The position numbers and the translations under genes were made by a program. Positions 14,779 through 27,060 of a stretch of DNA of 64,000 nt are shown piece by piece. The stretch lies in the NCBI RefSeq assembly GCF_009914755.1, contig NC_060926.1. One strand, written 5' to 3'. The number at the start of each line of letters is the position of its first letter. Positions within the stretch are counted from its first letter, which is position 1. This DNA is from the human T2T-CHM13v2.0 reference genome, Homo sapiens. Below the pieces are notes generated by a model. That model had not been told where the DNA came from, did no database searches, and worked only from the letters and a program-made list of their open reading frames with translations.

Positions 14779-15931
14779 ATACTTAAGTGTTAGACCTGAA
14801 ACCATAAAAACCCTAGAAGAAAACCTAGGCAATAACATTCAGGACATAGGCATGGGCAAGGACTTCATGTCTAAAACACCAAAAGCAATGGCAACAAAAG
14901 CCAAAATTGACAAATGGGATCTAATTAAACTAAAGAGCTTCTGCACAGCAAAAGAAAAAATCATCAGAGTGAACAGGCAACCTACAGAATGGGAGCAAAT
15001 TTTTTCAGTCTACTCATCTGACAAAGGGCTAATATCCAGAATCTACAATGAACTCAAATAAATTTACAAGAAAAAATCAAACAACTTCATCAAAAAGTGG
15101 GCAAAGGATATGAACAGACACTTCTCAAAAGAAGACATTTATGCAGCCAAAAGGCACATGAAAAAATGCTCATCATCACTGGCCATCAGAGAAATGCAAA
15201 TCAAAACCACAATGAGATACCATCTCACACCAGTTAGAATGGTGATCATTAAAAAGTCAGGAAACAACAGGTGCTGGAGAGGATGTGGAGAAATAGGAAC
15301 ACTTTTACACTGTTGGTGGGACTGTAAACTAGTTCAACCATTGTGGAAGTCAGTGTGGCGATTCCTCAGGGATCTAGAACTAGAAATACCATTTGACCCA
15401 GCCATCCCATTACTGGGTATATACCCAAAGGATTATAAAACATGCTGCTATAAAGACACATGCACAAGTATGTTTATTGAGGCACTATTCACAATAACAA
15501 AGACTTGGAACCAACCCAAATGTCCATCAATGATAGACTGGATTAAGAAAATGTGGCACATATACACCATGGAATACTATGCAGCCACAAAAAATGATGA
15601 GTTCATGTCCTTTGTAGGGACATGGATGAAGCTGGAAGCCATCATTCTCAGCAAACTGTCTCAAGGACAAAAAACCAAACACCACATGTTCTCAGTCATA
15701 GGTGAGAATTGAACAATGAGAACACATGGACACAGGAAGGGGAACATCACACACTGTGGCCTGTTGTGGGGTTGGGGGATGGGGGAAGGATAGCATTAGG
15801 AGATATACCTAAGGTTAAATGATGAGTTAATGGGTGCAGCACACCAACATGGCACATGTATACGTATGTAACAAACCTGCACGTTGTGCACATGAACCCT
15901 AAAGCTTAAAGTATAATAAAAAATTTTAAAA
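14779..15931 (+). mobile_element. 5'-truncated primate L1 (L1PA-type): ORF2 3' end, 3'UTR and A-tail; perfect 14-bp TSD
   Basis: ORFs 14852-15061 and 15110-15712 are same-frame L1 ORF2p C-terminus ([35 protein letters not shown]; CCHC knuckle [18 protein letters not shown]) split by TAA at 15059-15061; G-rich 3'UTR; TSD aaaagaatatttta at 14765-14778 and 15932-15945. Confidence 0.98.
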
Positions 15932-16144
15932 AAAAGAATATTTTACATAAGCAGGGTCAAAGAGTCAAAATAGGATCTGCCTATGTAGCCTCAAGTTTCT
16001 TTTTATGGACAAGGAGTAAAGGCTCAACTGCTTTAAAGTATTGAAGCAGAAGTCTTCAATTTCCAGCTCAGTGATGGTTGCTTGGGAAAAGCAATGCACG
16101 TTTTAGGTTTAAAATCACTGTTCAAACAACTGATCCTTCCCTTC

Positions 16145-16252
16145 AGCCCACAGATCTTTGTTGAGCATATACCATGTGCCTGCTACTGTTCTGGGTGCTA
16201 AAGATAATGTCAGTAAACAAAACAGACAAAAATCTCTGCCTTCATGGAGCAA
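16145..16252 (-). mobile_element. L2 3'-end fragment
   Basis: 'tttgttgagcatataccatgtgcctgctactgttctgggtgctaaagataatgtcagtaaacaaaacagacaaaaatctctgccttcatggagc'. Confidence 0.8.
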
Positions 16253-16962
16253 AAAATGTCTGTGTATTGATTTGATAAAAACATCCCCACCCTCAAATAT
16301 CCCCACAAAGAGTGTTACCAAGACAACCGAATTTTGTTTTTGCGGAGTATTAATTTCTAAGCTTCACTTACAATCAAAGACACTTTAATACATACACTTT
16401 GATGAGGCAATAAAAATGGGAGCAGTGGCATAGAACACTAAAGTCAACTGTTTCTGCAGGGTTGAAATTGTTGATGCAGTGAACTAGTAAAAATCCCAGT
16501 GTTATGTTTGTAGTTGTATTCAGCCAATCCTACCCTGGACCAATTCTAGGAATGAAGTGTACAGGTCAGAGTTCAAAACCCTTCAGTCAGTCCTCACATG
16601 GGTCACAGTCCTGAAGGAGAAGTCTGTCCCCTTGGGAATTCGACCTGAGCCCACCAACTCACCCCACAGTCCACACCCATGCAAGGGTGAAAAGTGTCTC
16701 TTGGGGGCTTTGCAGGTTCTGGTTGGATGTCAGCCAGTCATTCAGAGTAAAAGTTGTCCAGCTCTGACAACCCACAGCCATCCAACTCCCTGCAAGGTAA
16801 ATGGCTTGCCTGTGCTTGCCCCGTTCCTTTCTTCCTCCTTCATTTTTCATTTGTCTTTATCAGCGGACGTCTGGAAAACCTAATTGCTGTTATTTCCATC
16901 TTGAACAGGCTAATAGGTATCAGAGAGTCAGAGAAGGAAAGGCTTTTTTTTCTTCTGAATTT

Positions 16963-16994
16963 ATAATAATAATAATAATAATAACAACAACAAT
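16963..16994. repeat. (AAT)n(AAC)n compound trinucleotide microsatellite
   Basis: Read directly. Confidence 0.9.
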
Positions 16995-18890
16995 ACGATA
17001 AAAGCCCATATTGGTAAGGGAAATATAACTCAGTCTTTCACCTTAACAAAATTTGCTTTCATTTAAACAGAATATGCAGCCCAGCTCCTTGACTACTTTG
17101 GTGCATTGCATTCACCAGCGCACCAGCGTAAATAAACCTACCGCGTTAGAGCTGGGAAGGCTGCTATTTTAAAGATGAAAAAATTTCAGCTTCTGGATGG
17201 CTGCTTTCATTTAACACAGCTTCAAATGAATTTATGAACTGTTCTATAATGTTTTCTGCATACACCAAATGGCAGACTTTAGGCAGAAACCCAATATATG
17301 TTTAGTTAGTATATAATAAACATAATATTTACATGGGCTATGCACTGTGTGAAGAATCAAGAGCAGTTGCTCTATAAACTGTTATTGAATTCTCTAACAT
17401 ACAGCCCTCAACCAAGGGGTCCATCAAGATTCTAGAAGAATTCTTGAGAAGAGGCCCTGACCTCCTCCCAGTGCACACACGCACATGTGTGTTTGTTGGC
17501 ACATATACGTGGGTGTACAAACCTATGCCTCTTTCATTTAAAAATATCTCTTTAATCAAAATCTTGACAACAATCTCATTTTCCTCAGCCGCTAGGATGA
17601 CAATGTAGTTTTAGATATTGTTTTTAACTTTAAAGGTGTCTCGGTGGTTTTGAAAAATGTTCCAGGAGCTAAAAAAAATTGTTTTAAAAAAATTAAATCC
17701 CAGTAGATAGAGAAGCCAGTTCATTTCTTAGGCAATAAACAGAAAGCCGGGGTGGGGGGTGCTGAACAAGCATGCTCATACGGAATTTTTCTCTTGAAAA
17801 GCCCACTAGTTAGGCATTATAACAGTTCAGTTGATATTTCTACAGTGCAAACACGATAGTGGAAATTAAGTTGCCCCAGAAAATTCAGTTTAGTGGAAAT
17901 TTGTTATGAATAAAATGCTGCTATTGGCCCTAGAACATTGAATTTATCCACCAAATAATATCTCAGAAATACCACTTCAGAAGAAATCAGCTCTAAATAA
18001 TTGATAAATTTGGTTTGTTTGGAAACCTTTTGACCTCTGTAATAGAAAGTAAAAACACATTTCAGTTATTAAAGTCACATATATTCCCTCTGGTGGGGGA
18101 GCTTTTAATTTTAAGCTGGACTCTGTAGGGGCCATTTGATAAAGCTTAGAGAAATTTTTCAACTGCTGCTGCTGGATTTGGGTCAGCCTCCTTTGGGAAA
18201 ATGGCAAAAGATAAATCTGTAGTTTTTCATAACGTACTGGAAAACTTCAGAGGTTTTAAACATTAAGACCTATTGGAAGCAAAAGGATTTTTTTGGTAGC
18301 CCCTTTTCTTGACTACCTTCCCCCATCCAAAGTCTCTCTCTCTCTTTCTTCATTTTGTTTTGAAAGAAGTTTAAATGTTCACGCTGTTAAAATAAAGGAA
18401 CAGTGAATCAGCATATCCTATTAATGTAAGACATTTCATTTTAGATAAGAGCTGTGTCTTTTATCTGCTGTATTTAGTGCAATTCTTCTGAAGTTTCATA
18501 GAGAAAAGAGCAAGATACTATTTAAAGTGTTTGCTTTTTTGAATTTGTTTTCAAATACACTTATTAAATAATTTTATTGGCCAAATCTATTTTATAATAA
18601 AAGCATTGCATAGTGAATGTTCCCCAGCACGCCTTTCTAAGTTAAAAAAAATGTACAAGCAATACAAAGGATTTACATTTTGTAACATTATTATCAAAAT
18701 CATTAAGACATACTTAAAAACACAGCTCTCTACGATATTTTTATGATGAAACTCTGGGAAAAATTCATCTCTATTGTTATATTTACCTAAGATAATGTGT
18801 TCAAATAATATAGCTCAGGTAAGAGGATTTTTATGAGCACGTTATAAATACTGTGTCTTAAGAGCATACATTGAAATGATGTCTCTACTA

Positions 18891-18893
<3 letters not shown>

Positions 18894-18927
<34 letters not shown>
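18894..18927. repeat. (GT)17 microsatellite
   Basis: Read directly; uninterrupted. Confidence 0.97.
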
Positions 18928-18929
<2 letters not shown>

Positions 18930-20087
18930 CTAGCATAGCCTCACTTGCATTTGGGCATTACTTTATTGCACTGTAGGCTTGTGAAGGTAAAGGGTTATAT
19001 ATGATCTTTATCGTGTTTCCTAGGAAGCCAATTCACCCTTTGTGCCCAATAGATGATTAAAAGTATTCATTGTTAGAAAACGTTACCCTGACTCAAACAT
19101 CAGACATGACTAGTGATGCTTATAAAGCCCCTCCCAAGTAAACCATTTCCTAATTATGGGAAAGTAAATTTCCCATAATTCTTGATCCTACTTTTCAACG
19201 TTCTCCTACTAGGAACCCCACACTCCAGATTTCTTTGTTTCCATGAGTTCCACCCCCATGACACCCCATCCACTCCCTCTGCCTCCTCTCAGTCACATCA
19301 CAGGCCTGTGTGCTCCCTTCTGAGTAGCCTTCTTTCCTTCCACATGTACTGGGCACTATGGCCAATCACAGGGGCTGGATTCTCAGGGCTTTTGGATAAA
19401 GACATAGATGTGGAGTTCCCAAAAGATGGGGAAAGAGTTCTTATCTTGAAGTGGTGAAACACAAGTGGCAGTTGATAATGACCTAGCCCTTCAGCTTGAT
19501 TTGGAAGCCACCTGACTCAAGAGTATTGGGAGGTTGGTATAGAATTGATGCAAAAAAAAAGTATGTATAAAATATCATGTGTATAAATAAGAGAAGTAAC
19601 TTCTCTGTTTCTCAACTGAGTGTGAAAGTGGAGGGTTTGAGAGGGAGGAAGAGAAATCGCTGAAAAAAAAAAAAGTGAGTGCATATCTCAGTGTCTGAAG
19701 AAAGGAGAGTTCACCAAGCACCAGGTAATGCAATTGTCCTTAATAATAAATATCCTCATTTCCCTAGATTTCAAAAAGCTGCTCAGAGAAGCTCTGAAAT
19801 GAAACAAGACCATGCTAATCTAGTGTGTTAGTAACTTCAAGGCAATGGAAAGTCCTGCCTATGGGCTCTTTTCTCCATGCACGGGCACATATGACATCAT
19901 GCTTGCATGACTACATCTTACTCTCTTGCAAAAGGAAAGAATCAGGGCTAGTCTTCACCATTTGGGATTTGTGCTTCCTCAACATTTATTTAGATTTTTA
20001 TCTTTAGGAAGCAATTGGTTGAAAACAAATGATGTGTTCCCTGATTCACACAGAAAAGAGGATTCTGAAGGACTAGGACCTATACAG

Positions 20088-21272
20088 ATGAGGATGGCTG
20101 TTACTTAAAAAAAAAAAAAAGAAAGAAAGAAAGGAAAAAAGGAAATAAGGAAGAGAAGGGAAGGGGAGGGGAAGGAAGAGGAGGGACAGGAGGGGAGGCG
20201 AGGGAAGGGCAGGGGAGGAGGGAATGAGGATAGAGGGGGAGAGAGACAGAGAGAGACAGAGAGAGAGAGAAATAAGAAAGAAAGAGAGAAGGAAGGAAGG
20301 AAGGAAAGAAAGAGAAAGAAGGAAAGAAAGAGAAAGAAGAAAGAGAGAAAGAAAGAAAGAAAAAAGAAAGAGAATGAAGGAAAGAAAGAGAAAGAAGAAA
20401 GAGAGAGAAAGAGAAAGAAAGAGAAAGAAGGAAAGAAAGAGAAAGAAGGAAAGAAAGAGAAAGAAGGAAAGAAAGAGAAGAAAGAGAGAGAAAGAAAGAG
20501 AAAGAAGGAAAGAAAGAGAAGAAAGAGAGGGAAAGAAAGAGAAAGAAGAAAGAAAGAGAGAGAGAAAGAGAAAGAAAGAAAGAAAAAGAAAGAAAGATGT
20601 GAGACTGTAGAAAAATCAGAACCCTTTTCATTGCTGATGTGAATGTAAAATGGTACAGCTAATGTGGAAAACAGTATGGCAGCCTCAAAAAATTCACCAT
20701 AGAACTACCATATGATCCAACCATCCCACTTCTGGTACATACTCCAGAAATTGAAAGCAGGACCTCAAAAAGATATTTACACACCCATGTTCATAGCAAC
20801 ATTATTTGCAATAACCAAAAGGTGGAAGCAACCCACATGTCGACAGCTGAATGGATAAACAAAACGTGGGCTATACATACAATCAAATGTTATCCGTAAA
20901 AAGGAAGATTCTGACACAGGCTACAACATGGATAAATCTTTGAGACATTATTCTAAGTGAAATAAGACAGTCACAAAAAGAGAAATACCATATGATTCCA
21001 CTTATATGAAGTTCCTAGAGTAGTCAGATTCGTAGAGACAGAAAATAGAACAGGGGTTGCGAAGGGAGGGAGGGAAGGAGGAAGGAATGGGGAGTTAGTA
21101 TTTAACAGGTAGAGTTTGGTTTGGAAAGATGAAATAGTTCTAGAGATAGATGATGGCGATGGTTGCCCAACAATTTGAATGTACAATGTGAATGCCACTG
21201 AACTGTGAACTTAAAAATAGCTAAAAATATAAATTTTGTGTTATGTGTACATAACCACAATTTTAAAAATAA
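20088..21272 (+). mobile_element. L1MB-type 3' end, interrupted by the polypurine tract
   Basis: 'aatgtaaaatggtacagct...ggaaaacagtatggc', 'catagaactaccatatgatccaaccatcccacttctgg', 'taagtgaaataagacagtcacaaaaag', end 'gaatgccactgaactgtg...accacaattttaaaaataa'. Confidence 0.9.
20107..20597. repeat. ~490-bp GA-rich polypurine low-complexity tract
   Basis: Almost only A/G on the + strand; 20376-20597 has no pyrimidine; GAAA/GGAA/GA units. Confidence 0.97.
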
Positions 21273-22868
21273 GGACCAGTACCACTACTCACTGGAATCT
21301 CCTGATAAAAAATCCATAAATCCAATATGAGCAGATCTTTCCATTCATGTCAATAAAAGTGCACCCAAAATGATAAGCCTTATTTAATACTATTGCTGCC
21401 TTATCTTCTGTTTTATATTCTCTTTTCTGTTATGTTCATCCTATTGCTTTGCCTAGACCTAGCAGTGAGAGAGGGCTTCTAGTCTTGTTCTTGACTCTGA
21501 AACGGATGTGTCTAGAAGTTCACAGGGACCGGTTTCTAATAAGCTCCCCCTTATGTCTGGGACATTTTCTTCTATTCTTAATTTCCTATGAATTCTTATT
21601 AAGCATGAATAGTTTCTTCTATTACATTCATGGATCAAATTTGTTTGTTTTTCTTTGAGGATATCAGTATTCTTTGGCTTCATATAACTTTGTTTTTCGA
21701 TTACAAAGATTTTTAGGATATTCGTATGATCTCACACTTAAAATAAGCTCGAGGTTTAATAATTTGAAAGTGTTTTCAATTAATCTCAGCAGGTGGGATG
21801 TCCTCATTTACTGTGTCGTAGAATTTTAAATGAGCCATGAGCATTTTGTCACAAATATATTTTTCTTTCCTTTTTATTTTGTTCTTGTGTCTCTTTCTGG
21901 TAGGTCCCGCCTATTATAACTTTAGTTTTCCTATCATTAATTCACAAATAATTTAGAGTTCTTTCACCCAAGATCAGATCAGGCCTTCTGGAAAGGAGAG
22001 AACTGTCACTTATGACTCTATGCATTTGCTTTTAAAAGAGTTTCAAGGTGTTATTATTATAACTAGTTTGTTGCTATTTTTCAGTTTTACTCAATATCAA
22101 TTATTTCAATATTAAGTGGTGTCGGTTCAAATGAAAATTAAAATATTCTTTATATGAAATACTCTTCACAATTGAGCTGGTGATGCTGTCAATAGTTAAA
22201 TTTTCATTGTCATTAGAATGTTTGTCACATAAATAACTTCTTTTTTTTTTCTCCATTTCCTACTGTTAATTTTGGCAAAGACTGAAGTAAAGGTACTGTT
22301 TGAAACAACATAGCTCTCCTAAGCAAGCCAGGCTTTGAGAAGCACCATGGTGCCTAGTTACATGCCTGAAATTTGTTGCCTGGTCATTTGACCCTGAGTC
22401 CTGCTTTTATTACATCAATCACTCACTCAACTCCTTTTTTCCTCAAAAGATTTTTTTCAGTGTTCATAAACTCCTAGTTGTGAAACACGAGTGAGGGTGG
22501 AGAACTTTCATTATAGGGCATTTTGTTTAGCAGGATGAGACGTTGCATTTTTCACATTTCTCTGTCCACACATCTTTATGGTTTATTTTAAAAATGCTAA
22601 AATGGGATGAGTCTTTTACTCCCAAAAATATAATAATAGAACCTACTTCAGTCTAAAAAGATTTCATTTTGCTTATTTTAGATTACATACATTATATTTG
22701 TATGCTATTTCTATGCTACTTTAATCTGCATATACTACTTTCATAATTAAAAATAAAAAGTTATGTGACTAAATATAGCCTGTTCCTCTTCAAACCCAGA
22801 TTAAATGCATGTAGATACAGGCTACATGCATGGTTTACAGGATTTACTGATTAATATAAGATCTTCTA

Positions 22869-23172
<304 letters not shown>

Positions 23173-23229
23173 TAAGATCTTCATGACTTCACACAGTTAT
23201 CTCCAGTTCTACTCTTTTAACCAAAATCT

Positions 23230-24145
23230 AGTCAATGTCTAACTTTCTATCGGATGTTTTACTTGAAATGTTTACAATTTCTTCCTCATACTTGCCCCAA
23301 ATTGTGTACTTCTTCCCCAAACAAATCAGAAAATCCCTCCCTGCCAGTGGCACAACCATGATGCTAGTCTCCCCATCTGGGGCCATCTCATCTCCAGTAC
23401 TCACGTTAGTCTATGATTAACCTTGTTTTGACTGCCCACTGAGAGTCAGGCTCTTTTTGTCTCTGAAATTTCTGAAACATTCCTTTTTCTCATTTCTGCT
23501 GTTATTCTATTTCAGGTTCTCATTATCTGTCACCTGATAACTGCAACCATTGACTTTTTTGCACTCTCCTGCCCCTGCTCCTTCTGGCCACATATATACA
23601 CCCCAATAGACAGCAAGCCCACAGCTGTCTAAGCAGTATCTTGAAAAGGTCTCCTTTATTAAACCATGCTGCTGCCCAGAAATACTCGTTGGTTTACATT
23701 CTACTGCCTCAAATCTCAGCTCGTTTACTTAATCACTAGACATTTATTAAACATCTGATATACCCATTAAGAGTCTTCACAAGCTGGCTGCCTATTCTTC
23801 CACCCTGTTCCCATCACTACACAGTGCATAATATGGGTCCATCCCATGACCATGGCAGAATCATTCCTTCATTCACACCATCTCCTATGCTCTTTCTTCA
23901 TCTCTAATCCTCTCCATTCTGATTTCCTTCAGACAAAATTATTTCTATCTTCGACATCAACAACTCTCCTGAAAAACATATAGTCAGTTCATCCAATTTC
24001 ATATTTACTCTTTACTCTTGAGCACAATTTCTTGCCTACCAATTTATGAGCTCTTTCCAGTGAAAGTCCATATCTTCCATTCTTCTGTTACCCCTTTGGG
24101 GGTGATTAGAGTGCTTTACATGCTGAAGAAACATGTTGGTTGATT
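23230..24145 (+). mobile_element. Degenerate L2
   Basis: Pyrimidine-rich L2-like body, ending 'ttatgagctctttccagtgaaagtccatatc...gaaacatgttggttgattaat'. Confidence 0.55.
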
Positions 24146-25601
24146 AATTACATAGCTCCCTTCCATCTGCCTACTGTATGCACTATGAAACAACCTAGAG
24201 GGCTTTATTCATAACTATATGTACTTTAGCTACTTCAAGAAAAGGGGAGACAAACAAATAAGGTTAATGGTTATTGTATAGGGACCGACTGTCTTAAGGA
24301 GAGAGAATGCAGCCAGCTAGCTCCCACGGAAAGTCATTTGGCCATATTTCTAGGAAGTTTGGCACCCTCCCAAAATAAGGTGCACTCTGGTAGACTATCA
24401 TCCAGTGTGAAAACACATTTTTGAAGCTTGGAAGTAGGGTACTTCTGATTATTTGCGAATTCAAGATCAGAAGTATCTATAAATGTTTGCATTGATAGGG
24501 TGGGTGGGATTGTTGGAAATGTTCCTGTAATTAGGATCTTGGCCTCGCATCCCTTGATGATTTGCATGCGCAGACCCTGTCAATATGTTTCCAGAGAGTA
24601 TAGTAAAAAAAAAAAAAAAAAAAATCTAAAAAAATACAGGAATAAAAATCAGAATTGCATTTCCTGCCTGGATTAAATGAGGAGAAACTTGAAGGGTGGG
24701 AGTTGCCCTCGCCTTTGGCCATGAGACAATTGTATCAGAGTGTTCTGTTTTGTTCTGGCTGGATAGTGTCTACTTATCAAAAGCAGGAAATTGCATTTTA
24801 ACTTGGATCTGTAGGATGCTGGGGAGGGGCTGATCTGGTTAGGAGGGTGGAGCTGGGAGGAGGACAGGGGCAGAGAACAGTCAGTACTAGACCATCACAG
24901 GGCCCGCGGCCATAAGGAGATTGGCCAGAATGGAAACTGCATTTAGGGGGAAAAAAGACACGAGTTGAAGATAAGAGCAAGTTTGTCTTTTCCAGATGTG
25001 AAAAAAATTGAGGAGTTATTTCTCTGATCTGGTGGGAACATTGCTCCCACTATAGAGTTGTAGCATCCTTCCCAGCTACATAATATAAGTGCTGATTCAG
25101 TTAAAGCCCTGAAGAGGAAATAAGCGCAAAGTTTTCTGATGCCAGATTACAGGCATCATTGATATTGAGATAGGAATATCTACATGCCATGAAAGAGCCT
25201 GGGTAGGAGGAAAATGAAAGGAAAGCATATTTTGTGAGCAGTCTTTTGTTTGTGTTCAGTTTATAATGAATGTGGTGAGAGATTTGAGGACTAATTTTAG
25301 CTAATGAAAAGACAATGAGAGCTATTAGGTAATTTTAATATACAGAAATATGAAAGCAAAATCACATTTATTCACTCTTCTGTAAACAAAAGCAAATAAA
25401 TACTAATTGGACATTTAGTAATTAAAATTCGATCTAACAGCATGCATAAAACTAGTTGATTCTTACCTTTTAAGTAGGTGTTCAGAAAGCACGGGATTCA
25501 TCCATTTTCCAAGTAAAAGATGTGTGTGTTTTTGTGTAAGTGTGTGTGTTTCCCAAGGAAATGAAAATGGCAACAACAGGGTTTAAATATAAAAGGCTTG
25601 G

Positions 25602-25641
25602 CGTGTGTGCACACACACACACATGCACACGCACACACACA
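25602..25641. repeat. Imperfect (CA)n alternating purine-pyrimidine tract
   Basis: 'cgtgtgtgcacacacacacacatgcacacgcacacacaca'. Confidence 0.85.
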
Positions 25642-26143
25642 GAAATGTGGAATCTGTTAGAAAGACAACCAACATGAAAAAATGTGACTAAAATTATAAC
25701 TGAAAGTCTACACTGGAAGTTTTTCTTCTTAGACTTTTTATTCTTTTATATTCTTGTAACTCAGGCCACATTATAATTATCATTCTGACATTATATGTTA
25801 GTGTAAATAATAAATTAAATATGCAAAAACACTACGATATTTTTCTAAATCTTGGTTGCTTTATTTCTGCTTGTTATTATAAGCCTTTCAATAAGAAAAC
25901 CACCAGAGTTTTTTTTAATGTTACTGTAAATGATATTCCATCTTCTATAATAACATTAAAGAATCAAATCAGAAAATAAACCAATTCAACTAAAGGTTTA
26001 TCTTCATTTGAAAAGTTTTATATTTGAGAATGGTGTACACAGACTTGGAACCAGATATTTACTAGATAGACTTTGCAGCGAATATTTAATATAAAAAATA
26101 CAGACAGAGGACATTTTGAAGGCAGAATCAAAAAAGAAAGGGC

Positions 26144-26165
26144 AGAGAGAGAGAGAGAGAGAGAG
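26144..26165. repeat. (AG)n microsatellite
   Basis: Read directly. Confidence 0.9.
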
Positions 26166-26694
26166 GCCTTCCTAGGATTTAAAGTAGCTTTAGTGTCATT
26201 TTAAAAATGTTAATATTTGTAAATTTACTTAATTACAATGTTAAAGATACAGGAATCCATTTTGTATTGTAATACATATAGCAAGTAAAACCAATATTAA
26301 CTTTGTGGTTATTTTAAGTGTTTTTCGTTGGAAATGCCTAGGCTTGCTTTATTTTTTTAATCTACTTAGATCCCAAACTGCTCTGGTTAAAACATAGTTA
26401 ATGTACCAACTGCAATTAGCCAACTGTCATAAGGCTCAACTCCCAACCGTCGACAAGCTTCATTTAACTAATTTGAGAAGTAGAAGTTTGAATTTTTTTT
26501 TCCAGGAAGGTAGCTTGTTTCCTTATTTCCTGTCAAGAGAGCCAAGTCCTGTGACCTATGGTTAAAAGGGCTCTTTGTAATTAAGACAGGGAGTCTCCAA
26601 GTGAACAGTTCTCACAGTAGGAGGGAAAAATTAAAAAAAAAAAAGAAAAGAAAAGAAAAAGAAAAAAAAGAAGAAGAAGCATGACACTGCTTAA

Positions 26695-27060
26695 CGAAGT
26701 AATCGGAGCGCAGCCAATGCCGGTGGGCGCCCGCCGGGCCATCTCCGCCGTCACTGGCTCGGTGTCCACTTTATGGAGCGCGGAGTCTATTAAGACCTTG
26801 GCGAGTGGTGGTGGTGCTCCCTCCGCAGTGCCTGCGCACAGACAACCAGAAACCGATCAACCGTGTTATATCAATAACATTCTCACACCAGGTTGTGTAA
26901 ATTGATCTTTTACAATTTCTCTCGGTGACAGTCTCTGTAACCAACAAGATAAATCATTCCTCCTGTGTCTTTTTTATTGATTGCTGAGACCTGTATAAAA
27001 ATTACACTGTTCAAGCTGTGAAGTGAACATCCTCATAAAAGAAGACTTTTTATTTACAAT
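26695..27060. promoter_or_regulatory. Small CpG cluster with promoter/enhancer motifs (candidate cis-element)
   Basis: Local CpG retention in AT-rich DNA; CCAAT 26714, GCCATCT 26738, TTTATGG 26770, TATTAAG 26788, NRF1-like gtgcctgcgca 26828, TGACAG 26926, ATAAATCA 26949. Confidence 0.6.

Noticed and set aside
14852-15712. L1 ORF2p-like ORFs as an active reverse-transcriptase system
   Set aside because: Only the C-terminal part is present, with a nonsense codon; no RT, EN, ORF1 or promoter.
20101-20631. 176-aa F/S/L-rich and 128-aa K/R/E-rich ORFs
   Set aside because: Translations of the GA-rich tract, which lacks stop codons for compositional reasons.
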